This document shows, piece by piece, positions 10,479 through 22,480 of a stretch of DNA of 64,000 bases (position 1 is the stretch's first letter; each line of letters starts with the position of its first letter). The position numbers and the translations under genes are program-made. The stretch spans positions 6,078-70,077 of the forward strand of contig BLSG01000281.1 in assembly GCA_012862495.1 (NCBI GenBank), in the 5' to 3' direction. The notes under the pieces were generated by a model, which worked only from the letters and a program-made list of their open reading frames with translations, was not told the origin of the DNA and made no database searches. The DNA is from Thraustochytrium aureum. Lineage: Eukaryota.

Positions 10479-11712
10479 CTAGAACCAATCACCGTTCTTG
10501 ACCTTTTGTGGCAGGTAGACCTCAGTGAGGAACTGGAACCCAAACGTCGAGAGCGCCTGGATCTCCGCCTTCTCGCCAGTTTTGAGCATGAGCTCGAGCT
10601 CCTTGACCCACTCGGGGTTCTTTTGGATAAACTCCTCCTTGAGCATGGCCTCGCCCGTCTTTATGTCAGCCGGAGTCATCTTGAGGCGGCACTCGCTCGG
10701 AATATTGTAGCGGTTCAGGTCCGAGGGGCGCACACCAAGCCACTTGATGTCTGGACAGGTGAGAGAGGCAGCGTCATAGGACATGTTCTTCGAGCCGCTC
10801 ATGTATACCGAGAGGATCTTGAGCCCATACGGATCGCTGTCCACCAGGGCTAGCACAGGGAGGCTGAGCTCGTCCTTGAGCCGGCGCAGGAACATCCGCG
10901 TTGCCACGTCTGGCTGGCCCTTGGCCGTCAAGATGATGCACTTCATTTTGGTGTAAAAGCGGTCCTCCGAGAGCCGGATGAAGGCGGCGTCCTTCTCGAC
11001 GAGGAGGACAAACTCCGCGTCGCTGCGGATGTCTGTGACGCGGTCGATCATAGGCGGGATACCCTTGCCGCCAATGCCCATCTTGGAGCAGTCAATCTCA
11101 TCCCCGGCCTCCTTAAACTTGAGGTTGCCCACAACGACGCCCTTCTCAGAGGCAACTACGTTGAGCGAAGTTCGTGTGCACTCGAGCATGCAGGCTACGT
11201 CGTCCAGCACGCCGTCGGAGTGCGCCTGATCAACGAACAGCTTGACGTCCGTGTAGAAGAGGTCGCGCTTCGTGATGTGGATGCCCTTGTTGAGGATGTT
11301 GTGCACGAGCTGCAGAACGCGAGCCGTGATTGCGGTCTTCTTGACGGTCCCGGTGTTGATAAAGCTCCGCTCCGTCCCGTTGACCTTTTTCAGCATCAGC
11401 CGGTCAGCTCGGGGACGTAGATCTGGTTCGCCGCCGATCGGCTCGGGACGGTGAAACCGAACGCCTCCCCACGCATGATGGACTTGATGCACTTCAAGAC
11501 GAGCCGCTCGATTCGCTCAGCCACCTGCTGTGCAGGCATGACCTTGACCTCTGTCACGAGGTCGCCAAGGCCGAGATCCTCCAAGGAGGCTGCAGCGGTG
11601 CCAGAGTCAGCGCCTTGCTTTCGCAGGGCCCTAATTATGGTCATGTCCTGACTTGCACTGCTCCCTGGCGGCGCGCGGCTGGCTGTGCCATTTGCCGCCT
11701 TCGCCCGTTTCG
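10479..11712 (-). CDS. TOP6A: DNA topoisomerase VI subunit A (SPO11-3 type); 5' end in gap; apparent frameshift ~11404
   Basis: [15 protein letters not shown] (catalytic Tyr), [34 protein letters not shown] (Toprim), KAEIQALS. The upstream frame gives [17 protein letters not shown], joining DRLMLK after a 1-nt correction. The pattern matches plant SPO11-3 rather than meiotic SPO11-1/2. Confidence 0.93.
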
Positions 11713-12287
11713 NNNNNNNNNNNNNNNNNNNNNNNNNNNNNNNNNNNNNNNNNNNNNNNNNNNNNNNNNNNNNNNNNNNNNNNNNNNNNNNNNNNNNNNN
11801 NNNNNNNNNNNNNNNNNNNNNNNNNNNNNNNNNNNNNNNNNNNNNNNNNNNNNNNNNNNNNNNNNNNNNNNNNNNNNNNNNNNNNNNNNNNNNNNNNNNN
11901 NNNNNNNNNNNNNNNNNNNNNNNNNNNNNNNNNNNNNNNNNNNNNNNNNNNNNNNNNNNNNNNNNNNNNNNNNNNNNNNNNNNNNNNNNNNNNNNTCGCC
12001 TGTCTGTTGTGGTGTCCTGCGAGTTGCGTTTTCGAAAGGTGGGGGCCGCTTTTTCATGTGAGATTATTTCGCCTCGGCGTTGATGTTGCTCTCCTCGTGA
12101 TCGGCCCAGAGGGCTTGCCTGGCTGGCGTCGGTCGCAGGCAAGCAGGCGGGCAACGCTGCACGCACGCAGGACGAGGGCAAGGCGGGCTTTCGGCAAAGT
12201 GCTGCAGGGTTCGATCGATTTTCAGAGTTGTTTTGGCGGTCTCCTGAAGTTTGTGCTTGTGCTCAACAACGGGTTCGCCGCAGTCTG

Positions 12288-13481
12288 TCAAGCGACCCAC
12301 AAGGCGCTTTGCGTGCCTGGGGCGCGCGCGAGACCGGCATGAACGGAGCTCGGCCGCCGGCCAGCGAGAGCTGCCCACATCGACTCGTCGGCAGTGTCGA
12401 CGAACTGGTACGGCCCGACGCCACGGAGGCCTAGCTGTTCTGCGACGCGAACTTTGAGGCCGACGCTGCGGGCGTCGTCGAACCAGTACTGCACGACCGT
12501 CCCGTTCTCGAGCGCGTTGAAGTACGGAGCTTGCTGGTTGGTGTCCCAGCGCAGCTCGGTTGTCGTGTTTGCCGAGCGGAGCCGGCGAACTATCTCGTCA
12601 AACGGAACTTCCGAGCCGGCAGCGTCGCTACAGTTGACGCCTCGGAAGGGGACACTGGCGATCGGGCAGAACCGCGCGTCAGCTTTCGTTCCAGGCAGGC
12701 AGGGGTACCTGTAGCCGTACCAGGGCACGCCGAGGATGAGCTTGCCTGGTGGGATTCCGAGGTCGAGGTACCGGCGCAAGCCTTGGCTCGTTCCCGCAAG
12801 GGGGGCGTTGGCGGCGGCGAGGCACGCATCCACCACTTGGCTGCGCGTGTCGTAGTCCATCACGTAGAGAGCGTCGCTGGCGGCCGCGAGGCGCGCGTAG
12901 TCGTAGGCTCGGCCGTCGACGCCCTCCGGAGACCAGGCCACGCAGGTCGATACCTGCAGGGAAGGGTTGGAAGCGTGGAACGCCGCGCTCGTCTCGTTGA
13001 CGAGCTCTGCGTACCAGCGCGCCTGCTCTGACGCGGCCGCGGCGGGCTCCTCCCAGTCGAACACGATGCCGTCCAGGAACTCGGCCTGCACTTTGGCGAG
13101 CGTGGCTTTGACCCACTTTGCTCGCAAGCTCGCCGAGCCGGAGATCGGCGGACGGGCCACTAGTGAATCGCTTGCGACAAGGCGTATGCCGCGTTTGTGC
13201 GCCTCGCACAGCAGGTTTCCCGCCGTCCCTGGCCACGCTATCGTCGTGGGCGCTGGCCGCCGCTTCACGACGAGGTCAGCCATAGCCGACCCGTCTCCGC
13301 CATCAAAGCCAAAGACCTCCCACTCGCGCAGCGGCGGCCCGCTCACAGGTCTGCACAGCGTTTCATCGCTGCACGGGCACGGCGCGCCTCGCACAACCCG
13401 TGCGAGAGCCAAAACCGTCAGCGTAGTCTTGACCAGGTCCACGACCAAGCCTCTCCCCGGGACGCCAAACCAAAGGCGCAT
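12288..13481 (-). CDS. CTBS: GH18 di-N-acetylchitobiase-like glycoside hydrolase, probably secreted or lysosomal
   Basis: Hydrophobic N-terminus followed by CPCSDETLCRP; DGIVFDWE catalytic motif; CVAWSP..DGRAYDY; VMDYD; KLILGVPWYG; CSDAAG; WFDD..S. Confidence 0.88.
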   Translation of the reverse strand: MRLWFGVPGRGLVVDLVKTTLTVLALARVVRGAPCPCSDETLCRPVSGPPLREWEVFGFDGGDGSAMADLVVKRRPAPTTIAWPGTAGNLLCEAHKRGIRLVASDSLVARPPISGSASLRAKWVKATLAKVQAEFLDGIVFDWEEPAAAASEQARWYAELVNETSAAFHASNPSLQVSTCVAWSPEGVDGRAYDYARLAAASDALYVMDYDTRSQVVDACLAAANAPLAGTSQGLRRYLDLGIPPGKLILGVPWYGYRYPCLPGTKADARFCPIASVPFRGVNCSDAAGSEVPFDEIVRRLRSANTTTELRWDTNQQAPYFNALENGTVVQYWFDDARSVGLKVRVAEQLGLRGVGPYQFVDTADESMWAALAGRRPSSVHAGLARAPGTQSALWVA

Positions 13482-14216
13482 CCCGCGGCCCAGCCAGCGG
13501 CCCAGCCAGGCGCAACCCCGTCCTCCCGTCCCCGAGCGGTCCGCTCGGCAGCGCTCACGGCCGGCCTGCCGTCTGGCTCCGCGGCGGTTGGCGCTCCATC
13601 ATCATCATCATCATCACCAGCGCAGGGGACGCGGCATGGACACGCATGCGCTCAGCAGACCCCGAACGGCAGGACACCGAGGACGCAGGNNNNNNNNNNN
13701 NNNNNNNNNNNNNNNNNNNNNNNNNNNNNNNNNNNNNNNNNNNNNNNNNNNNNNNNNNNNNNNNNNNNNNNNNNNNNNNNNNNNNNNNNNNNNNNNNNNN
13801 NNNNNNNNNNNNNNNNNNNNNNNNNNNNNNNNNNNNNNNNNNNNNNNNNNNNNNNNNNNNNNNNNNNNNNNNNNNNNNNNNNNNNNNNNNNNNNNNNNNN
13901 NNNNNNNNNNNNNNNNNNNNNNNNNNNNNNNNNNNNNNNNNNNNNNNNNNNNNNNNNNNNNNNNNNNNNNNNNNNNNNNNNNNNNNNNNNNNNNNNNNNN
14001 NNNNNNNNNNNNNNNNNNNNNNNNNNNNNNNNNNNNNNNNNNNNNNNNNNNNNNNNNNNNNNNNNNNNNNNNNNNNNNNNNNNNNNNNNNNNNNNNNNNN
14101 NNNNNNNNNNNNNNNNNNNNNNNNNNNNNNNNNNNNNNNNNNNNNNNNNNNNNNNNNNNNNNNNNNNNNNNNNNNNNNNNNNNNNNNNNNNNNNNNNNNN
14201 NNNNNNNNNNNNNNNC

Positions 14217-14893
14217 TTGTCGTCGACCTGGCCGTGGAAGGCGGCACATCTCGCAAATTGGTCAAACTTGTGCGCCACGCGCTGAAGGGAAGCACCGCCA
14301 GAGTTGAGGTGGGCGTCGACGGCTCCATGAGCGAGGCTGCGGCGTACGACGAGGACGAGGAGGGCGAAGTGGCGGACGACTATGCAAACCCAGAGCACGC
14401 CGAGCCCAGCGACCCAGCCGACCCGCGCTGGCTAGATGTAGATGACAGCGAGGGTGACGGGGAGATCGGGGAGGAGGCACAAGCTCTGCAAAAGGCCGAG
14501 GGCGAGCGCGACGCACTGCAATCCGCGATTCGAGCCCTAGAAGCCGAGAAAAGCGCGCTCGGGGAGGAGGAGGGCCGCGACTATGGGCCCGATGGAGTGT
14601 GGTGGCCGCTTCGCAATCAGTGCTTTTCGTTTCGCGCGGACGGTTACAACTACGAGATGTGCCCCTTCCAGAAGGCGTCGCAAGACCACATAAACCTCGG
14701 CAAATGGGGCGGGTTCGCCGAGGGATCCAACTACCGCACGCTAAAGTTCACGGATGGCCAAAAGTGCTGGAATGGCCCGCACCGAACGATGACGGTGACG
14801 GCGTCGTGTGGAGCGGAGGAAGCGATTCTGAGCGTGGGCGAGCCTTCAACCTGCGAGTACACGATGGAATTCGTTACGCCAGCGGCCTGCTGA
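14217..14893 (+). CDS. PRKCSH: Glucosidase II beta subunit-like protein, C-terminal part with MRH domain; 5' part in or before the gap
   Basis: Acidic linker, then DYGPDGVWWPLRNQCF, YNYEMCPF, LGKW, FTDGQKCWNGPHR, EPSTCEY...TPAAC. Confidence 0.88.
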
Positions 14894-15271
14894 CGCGGTC
14901 GTGGACGCGGCTTTAGCTTTCTGCTGCCTGCCGGCCGCGTACGCTTGTCAACTACTCGGTAGTCCAATCACTCACTCTGAAGTTCTTGAAAGAGAGCAGA
15001 AAGCTTACTCTAGCTAGATACTCTTCGAGTCCCAGCGCGCTCCGTTGCGCCGCCTCTCGAGGGCCTCTCGAGGGCCGCTCGCGGCTAGCCGTGGCGACGC
15101 CGCTTGCCCTCCATCCCGGGTACTTGAACGTACGGCTTCTCGCCTGGAGCAGTCGCCGACTCGCTCCGCGCTGACGCCCCCGTGTCGCCCCCAATCGCCA
15201 GGTCGTGCGAGTCGAGAGCCGCGCCACCCGCAGCGCCGCTGCCTAGACCAACCGGGCCTAGGCCAACCTCG

Positions 15272-16816
15272 TCAAAGCTGGCCAGCTCGAAGGTCCTTGG
15301 AAGACCCGTTGCGGCGCGCCTTCCAACACCGCGTGCGGACCGCGAAAAACACCACCACGGCGGCAGCAAGGCCCCCAACGACGCCAAGCCCGACCGCGAC
15401 AGCGCTGGGGCCTTCCTCTGACGTGTTGCTCGCGCCAGGCTTCGCGTAACCAAAGCAGCGCTCGAGGATGTCGGCGTCTAGGTCGGGCTTGAAGCTGGTG
15501 CTGTCCGTGGAGATGCAGGAGCAATAGGAGGGCCGCGAGCCGACGACAAAGCCGGCGCAGACGCCACTCAACAAATTGCCCCAAGAGAGCCCGTATGGGA
15601 CGGCGCTGTTGCCCACCACCAAAGTGGGCAACTTGACAATGCCTTGCTGGTACAGCGCGGCCACCGTGGTCTTGAACTCCTCGAGGACGGGATTGACAGC
15701 GGCTCCCGCCTCGCTTGCGGCCACGCAGTCGCTCGTCAAGGTCTTGTCGAGTCCGGCTTCCTCGTGCATGCGGTCCGAGCACACCTGCGTAAGCTCGGAC
15801 TTGCCGAGGCAGTTGTCCCTGACGAGCGCGACGTACTGGAACCATGCCTTTGCGCTCCTGTCGCGGTTCACGGTCCATGCGCACGCTTGACGCAGGTTTT
15901 CCTTGACAATCTCTGCGCCTGTGGCAACTCCAGGAGTCTCCGCGTGGCAGTACCGGCCACCGTTGGTGCAGTGCAAGGCACACCACTCGAGTTGCGCGGA
16001 GGGCAGGCCCGCGGCCGTGCAGTCCACGGCCACGATGAGCGAGCGCGAGCAGTCCCCATTAGCCAGCGGCCGCGAGCAAAACTCTACCGCGGATCCGTCC
16101 AAGATGACAGGGAAAACTTCGATCCCCTTGATATCCTTGGCGAGCCTGTCGTAAACAGCGTCAACGAAGGCGGCCGTCTTGAAGGGGCTGATGGTCTCGG
16201 CCGCGCTCGTGAACAGTGTAAGCTGCGGCGCGCTGGACTCCGTGACGCCCCAGCTCACCTGGAGGGTCGGCTTTTCGGCCGCCGAGGATCCCGCTGAAAT
16301 CTGCTCTGCATAGTCCCACAGGCGCTGCGTGTGCCCACGCGAGAGCACAAACGTGGGGATTCGCAGGGCCTCAACCACAGACACCGAGCCCCGCGGGCGC
16401 AGCGTATCGTAGCACAAGGTATTATTGCAGGACGCGAGCTCTTGGTCGAGGCCCCCGCAGAGGCACTCGGTGGCGCCAAAAAACACGGCGTCGGCGCCGA
16501 GCTCTTGCAGCTCCAGAGCGAGTTGTCCGAGCCTGCCGTTGCAGTCCGTGGGCGTGTCCACGAGGACCATCCAGTGCCCTTTGTTCGGGCTCTCCGGCGC
16601 CTGAAACCCGCTCGCCGAGCAGTCAGTAGTGAGCGGGTCATGCTTGAGCGTGTACACCGTTCCCGTGAGGTCGCCGGCACGTCGTGGAACGAGACGGCCC
16701 CGAGACGATCGTCCAAGAACTCAAAGTCGAGCACATCCTGAGCGAGCTGCTGCGGGGCCACACTCTGAGCGTCGCCCAGGCGACAGCGTCGGCAGCGCGC
16801 CCTGGCGAGCGCCGCA
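15272..16816 (-). CDS. Vacuolar sorting receptor (VSR/BP-80)-like type I membrane protein; 5' end in gap; apparent frameshift ~16677
   Basis: PA-like region (IPTFVLSR), HCTNGGRYC...EIVKENLRQAC...WFQYV...C, LPTLVV, VCAGF...PSYC, then a C-terminal transmembrane helix (AVAVGLGVVGGLAAAVVVFFAV) and a basic tail. Confidence 0.8.
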
Positions 16817-17519
16817 NNNNNNNNNNNNNNNNNNNNNNNNNNNNNNNNNNNNNNNNNNNNNNNNNNNNNNNNNNNNNNNNNNNNNNNNNNNNNNNNNNNN
16901 NNNNNNNNNNNNNNNNNNNNNNNNNNNNNNNNNNNNNNNNNNNNNNNNNNNNNNNNNNNNNNNNNNNNNNNNNNCGCTGTCACGCCCGCGCCGATCTTGC
17001 AGAGCACCGTGCGACGCTCTCCCCAGCTGCCCGAGCCGCGCGCAAGCCGTGTTTGCTCGCCACGTCTGCGACAACGACCGTGTCGCGTCAGTCTGTCTTT
17101 GCTTTTGATTGAAGCATCGAGAGCGGACAGGCACGCCACTGGTAGTCGCCAACGGAGTGTGCGCGAAACGAGCCTTCCCGCCTGCGCGCGCCGCGCTGCA
17201 GCGACGCGGCCCGGTAGACTGCGCAGAGCAGTATGCAACGCCACGTCCTCGTCTGCCTGCGCGGGCTGCCAGGACGGCCTGCGCCGGGCTCGGCTGGCGG
17301 CGGCACGACCACGATTGATGGCCTGGCAGAGCGGGTTGCCCGTCTCGGGGCCCAAGGTGAGTGCAGTTTTTTCTGCGCTTTGCAGCAACTCGTGCGCACA
17401 GGGGTAGAGTAGGAAGAGCAGACGGCGACGACGGCGCGGCAGACCCTCAGCGTGCGCTCGCTGGGCGCGGCGCGGCAGGCGGACGGCGACCGCGCGCGCG
17501 CGGGGGAGAGACTGGCGCC

Positions 17520-18702
17520 ATGATGCGCGCAGAGGAATCGGAGGAGGGCGGCGACGGCGGCCGGCTGCCGGCCGGAACAGTCCCGTCGTCGACGAACGGC
17601 ATGAGCGCGTTTGAGGTGGAAGGCAGAGGCACGCGGCACGCTGACGACGGCGACGGCGCAGGGGGTGAACGGGGACTTGTCGTTGTGCGCGGAGGTGGGC
17701 GCGGTGTGCTCGAACCGAGGGGCGCCAAGCTTGAGGGCGCTGATCGTGGTGTTCTTGCTGACCACGACGTTCACGGCAGCGCAGTTTGTGGGCGCGGCGG
17801 TGGCCAACAGCTTGTCGATGTACGGCGACTGCTTTACGATGGCAGTAGACTCTGCGACGTACCTCCTCAACATCATCGTGGAGCGGCGAAAGCTGGCCAA
17901 CTCGCGCGCCCCCTCGGCTGCGGACCGATCCGTCCTGGACATCGAGGCCGCGCGACTCGACGTGCGTGTGGCGGTCATCAGTGCGCTCGCGCTCATGGGC
18001 GTCACTGCATATATCATGTACGACGCCGCGCTTCGCCTGCACAGTGAAGTGGGCGTGTCACCCGTGAATCCTCAGGTCATGTATGTGTTCTCATCACTCA
18101 ACCTTGTCATGAACATCGTCAGCTGCGGCGCCTTCTTCTGCAAGCCTCAGAGCGACGCACCAGACGTAGGAAAGCAGCACTCTCGCCGCGTCTCGCTCGA
18201 CAGCGACGCTGAGAACTTGGATCGCGCCCTGCAGCGCCGACTCACCGACGACGTTTCAACCGCCCAATTTCGCGTCGGGTCAATGGAATACCGCGTCGAG
18301 AATGACTACCACCACGACGAGCTGGCCCTGCGCGACCGGGAAGAGCGCGAAGGGGCCCAAGCCGCGGAATCTGGCCGACTCGCGAGCCGCGTTCGGCGGC
18401 TGTCTTCCCTGGAGACAGCCAACTCTGTGTTCGCCGAAACCTCGACGTCATTGCTAGGAAACCTCAACGTCTTGTCGGCGTTCGTGCACCTCGTAGCAGA
18501 CACGCTGCGCTCCATAACGGTGTGCGTCACGTCGATCTACGTCTGGGTGGCCGATGGCGACCCTGTGCGTGCTGATGCTATCAGCTCGCTCATTGTCTGC
18601 GTCCTCATTCTGATTGCAGCCCTGTTTCTGCTGTATGAGACCTGGCGGCGCGACGGAGAAGGGCCCGCGGCGACGCGCCTTGAGCGGCTCGACACGGCCT
18701 GA
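17520..18702 (+). CDS. Cation diffusion facilitator (CDF/ZnT) family transporter; apparent frameshift ~17665
   Basis: Six hydrophobic helices; AQFVGAAVANSLSMYGD (TM1-2), NLNVLSAFVHLVADTLRS (TM5), ADAISSLIV (TM6). Confidence 0.85.
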
Positions 18703-19123
18703 CCGCTACGCGTGCCTGACCATGGGTTGATTGTGGCGTCCGCCTCGCCACGCTACTATTACCGCCTTTTTGCCATGCCTCCTCTTCGGTGGGCACCTAC
18801 TAAACTAGAGATGAGCTCGAGCAGAGCTCCATACGTAGAGGCTGACACAGTCACCGATTGTCTATTTCTTCGCCGCCGCCTGGCGCTTGGAGTCGATCAT
18901 CCACGCCCGCTTGCTCCGGTCAATCTCGATCGATCGATCTTGTTGAAATCTCAAGATCAAAACGCCAAATTCTGGTGGCTGGCGCCAAAGGCGCGAAGAC
19001 ACTCAAGTGGCGCCAAAGTCTTGCGGTCCTCGCAGGAGTCCCCTGCACGCCGCAACTCGCGAAGGCCGCGCGTCCTGCGCACGAACCGCGTTGGACAACG
19101 CCGAGGCGGGCAGCCTTTCGCAG

Positions 19124-20728
19124 ATGGCCGGGCCACGGAGCAAGCGGCGCAAGGTGGTCGCCACCGCGATCGCCACGGCCGCCCAAAGCTGGCGAGCCCC
19201 TGCAGTGGATCCTCGGCGACGCGCTGACTGCAGAGGCGTTTCTCGAGACGCACTGGGGCAGGAAGCCTGTCCATGTCGCACGGGGCGAGGCTTGGGCGGC
19301 GGAGGAGCTCTTTGACGCAGAGACGCTCGTTGCCCTGGCGGACTCGGAGGAGCTCGAGTACGGACAGCACCTGAACGTCGTCAACTGTCCCGACGGCAAA
19401 GAGAAGCGCGTCGTGCACACCGACGGCAAGCGCGCCACGCCAGAGGAGATTCGCGGGTTTCTCAAGCCAGAGACGGGCTGCACGATCCAGTTCTTCCAGC
19501 CGCAGCGGTATGTCGATGCCCTTTGGGAGCGCATGGCGGCGCTCGAGTCGCAGTTCTCGACCCTGTGGGGGGCCAATGTCTACTTGACCGCGGCTGGGAC
19601 GCAGGGACTCGCGCCGCACTACGACGACGTTGAGGTCTTCGTGCTGCAAACGCAGGGTCGGAAGCGCTGGAAGGTGCACGGGTAAGTTTCAGTTGGATTC
19701 GGCCCGGCAGGCAGAGCCCATGTCTGATCTGACCTCTTGGCCGCGCTGTTGGACTCGGTCCGGCGCAGCCCGAGCGAGCCCTTCCAGGAGCTCGCGCTGG
19801 AACACAGCAAGGACCTGGAGACTGTGGGCCCGCTCCTGCTCGAGGTGGAGCTCAAGCCGGGCGACCTCCTCTACCTGCCCCGCGGCACGACGCACTATGC
19901 AGTGGCAACGAGCGGCTCCGACCCGTCCGTACACATCACTGTCTCGACGCACCAAGAGCAGAGCTACTTTAACTTTATGGACAAGGCACTCCCAAAGCTC
20001 CTCGACGCCGCTGCTTCGAGCGACGTCGAGTTCCGCCGCGGTGTTCCCGTCGGGTTTTTTGAAGACCAATGGGGTCGTCGCTGCGTCGCGCGACGAGCAG
20101 CCGGGCCGCTTTGTGCGGCAAACGGCGGCACTATTGCGTCGCATCGCTGACAGCCTCGAGGCAAGTCGTGCCGAGCAAGACGAGAGCGTCGCGCAGGCCT
20201 TTCACGAAGCCGTGGACGAGTTTGCGCTCGACTTTGTGGGGAACCGGCTGCCCGCCCCGCAGGAGCGAGTCGGCCAAGGCGCTCAAGAAGGTCTCCGTTG
20301 GTACCGCCGTCCACTTTCGCTTGCGAGACTGGGTGTACGCTGCTGTGGTGGATCCGACGGACGGCTCAAGTGTCGGCGACGATGCCAGCGCTTCCGCGGA
20401 GAGCGACGGCGGGGACGGCGGAAGCGACGAAGGCAGCCAAGACAAGGCAGAGCAAGAAGGAGAGCGGGGGTCAGAAAGCGGCGCGCAGGCGAGCGACGAT
20501 GACAGCGTTGTACTTCGCGTGTACAACAGCGCCAGCAACAGCCGAAAGCATCATATGGGGCCGCGCCATGCCGTTGACGACGGCACATTTGTTGATCTTG
20601 CCTTGGAGGCCCGTCCGTTTGTGGACGCATTGTTCGCTGCCGGCGAGGCAGGGGTGCTGGTGAGCGACGAGAACGCAGAGTGGGCTGCCTCGCTTGCAGC
20701 CGCTTCGATGCTTGCGAAAGCTGCGTAG
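19124..20728 (+). CDS. JmjC ribosomal oxygenase (RIOX1/NO66/MINA53/ROXA family); intron 19682-19768; apparent frameshifts ~19180, ~20058, ~20260
   Basis: FLETHWGRKP, GANVYLT..GTQGLAPHYDDVEVFVLQTQGRKRW (HxD), LKPGDLLYLPRGTTHYA (distal His), SVHITVST. GTAAGT..CAG intron is in frame. Confidence 0.88.
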
Positions 20729-21205
20729 CGAATGGATGAATGAATGGCACGGCAGAACGCGAGTTCGTGCCGCAAAAACGCACTTGCGTTTTCGTGATTG
20801 GGCCCGCTGACGGCTGTGGCAACGAGGCAACTCTCTCTAGCTCTCTCGCGCTCTCTCTACTATAGCTCTAGAAATGGCTTCCTGGCGGCGCGCGGATGCC
20901 TCCATTCGTCGAGTACAAGGCCGCCGTTGCTGTGGCACTGCCAAGGACGCGGGGATGCTTGGGCTGGGATGGTGGCATTGCTCTCTCTAGAGAGTTGGCT
21001 CGATTTCCCCATCGGTGTTGCGGCGGCCCTTTCGACAAGTCCGTAGCAGCCAAGGAGGGTGGATGGGTAAAAGCCAATCAAGAAGTGAGTTCATCTTGAC
21101 AATACAAGTACAGTGCGCACAAGTGGCACTTTGCTGAGCCGCCGTTCCAGGCCGCAGATTCGCCACGCATAATCAATCACACATCAGAGCTGAGGCTGGC
21201 CCACG

Positions 21206-22480
21206 CTATGGCTGAGGGGCTGGCGGCAGCGCAGGTGACGGCGCCTTGTACATCACCTCGTGCAACCTAGCTGCGATCGAGCACAGCAAGCCCGCGAAAC
21301 GCAAACCGATCTGGCCGTTCTCGTCGACCACGTCGGCAAAGCTAAAGTCGAGCCAGCGAAACTCTTCCGGGTAGGAGATGACGCAGGTGAGCCGGCCCGA
21401 ATCGGTGTGCTCTTCGTTCCAACAAATCGCTCCCTGCGCGATGACCGACTTGATGTGATGAACGCGGCCTTCCGCCTCACAAATCGATGGACCGCACTTT
21501 GACTCGATAGCGTACGAGCGGAGGGTCTCGTGCGTAGAGCGAGTTGAGGTCATGGCAATTGTCGTCACCTGCGCCTTGCCGAGGTACGGATCGCCCATCG
21601 CACCCTGGTTGGGGTTTGCCGACGCAGAGGGCTGCGAGCAGGTCGAGTCCCCTGCCTCGCTCGTCCCCGCACCAGCCGTCCGCGGCGGACGGAGCGAGGA
21701 ACGAGGCATATCCTCGTTGCGTCTGCTGCAAATGTAGACGATGTCTTGGTCCGTATCGCTGTACGACTTGTCGCTTGGGTGGTGTTGTGGCGTGTTCCAG
21801 GTCTTGCGGTTGTACAAGAGGCGCGTGTCGCTGTCAGGCATGTCGACTTGCTCGAGCTCTACCGCGCGCAAGCCAAAGCAGCGCTGCTGCTCGTCAGGGC
21901 TCTTGTACAGGTCCCAGTAGTACGTGGCAATGCGCTGCGCGTCCACGCCAGGGAAGGCCATGTCGAGCCGCAGGTTGAAGCGCCGCACTCCCGGGCCTTC
22001 CTCAGCAGCGCCAAACAGGTTCTCGCGAAAGCAGTAGTGGAGCGCAAAGTCGTCGAGCGGCATGGGCATGCCCGGGGGCATCTCGAGCGGGGCCCACGCG
22101 GTCTGCGACTCGGCCAGGAGGCCCTGCACGTACGCTTGGGCAGACTCGGCCCCTTCTCGGCACAGCGCGCGCTGGCCGATCAGGGACGACGGGACTTGGG
22201 CCAGCTTGGTGAACGACTCGATGAACCGTTTGTGCATCTCTATTTCGAGCCGCAACGCGCTGTTCTCGGCAATGGCCTGAACGTCTGACGTGCTCATGCG
22301 GTTTTCCACCTGCGACTCGAGCTGCTTGATCTTCGCGATGAATTGCGCGCGCTCTTCCTTGAGCTTCGCATTCGTCTCGCGCAGCGACTCTACGAGCTGC
22401 TTCTTCTTCGCCCGCCTTTCTCTGCTCACGAGCGCGACGTGCTCTCGCCGTCTTTTCACGACCTCGTCCGCATTTTGCAT
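21206..22480 (-). CDS. bZIP-like protein with large C-terminal alpha/beta domain
   Basis: RRREHVALVSRERRAKKKQLVESLRETNAKLKEE: basic region plus Leu heptads; first ATG at 22480. Confidence 0.7.
   Translation of the reverse strand: MQNADEVVKRRREHVALVSRERRAKKKQLVESLRETNAKLKEERAQFIAKIKQLESQVENRMSTSDVQAIAENSALRLEIEMHKRFIESFTKLAQVPSSLIGQRALCREGAESAQAYVQGLLAESQTAWAPLEMPPGMPMPLDDFALHYCFRENLFGAAEEGPGVRRFNLRLDMAFPGVDAQRIATYYWDLYKSPDEQQRCFGLRAVELEQVDMPDSDTRLLYNRKTWNTPQHHPSDKSYSDTDQDIVYICSRRNEDMPRSSLRPPRTAGAGTSEAGDSTCSQPSASANPNQGAMGDPYLGKAQVTTIAMTSTRSTHETLRSYAIESKCGPSICEAEGRVHHIKSVIAQGAICWNEEHTDSGRLTCVISYPEEFRWLDFSFADVVDENGQIGLRFAGLLCSIAARLHEVMYKAPSPALPPAPQP

Noticed and set aside
10479..11712. Meiotic SPO11
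   Set aside because: The signature FYTDVKLF and the overall sequence match SPO11-3/TOP6A.
13598..13617. Poly-His tag-like CAT repeat
   Set aside because: A simple trinucleotide microsatellite next to a gap; the coding frame is not established.
14870..14893. Missing HDEL on glucosidase II beta as a novelty
   Set aside because: The gene is partial and indels are frequent here, so the evidence is too weak.
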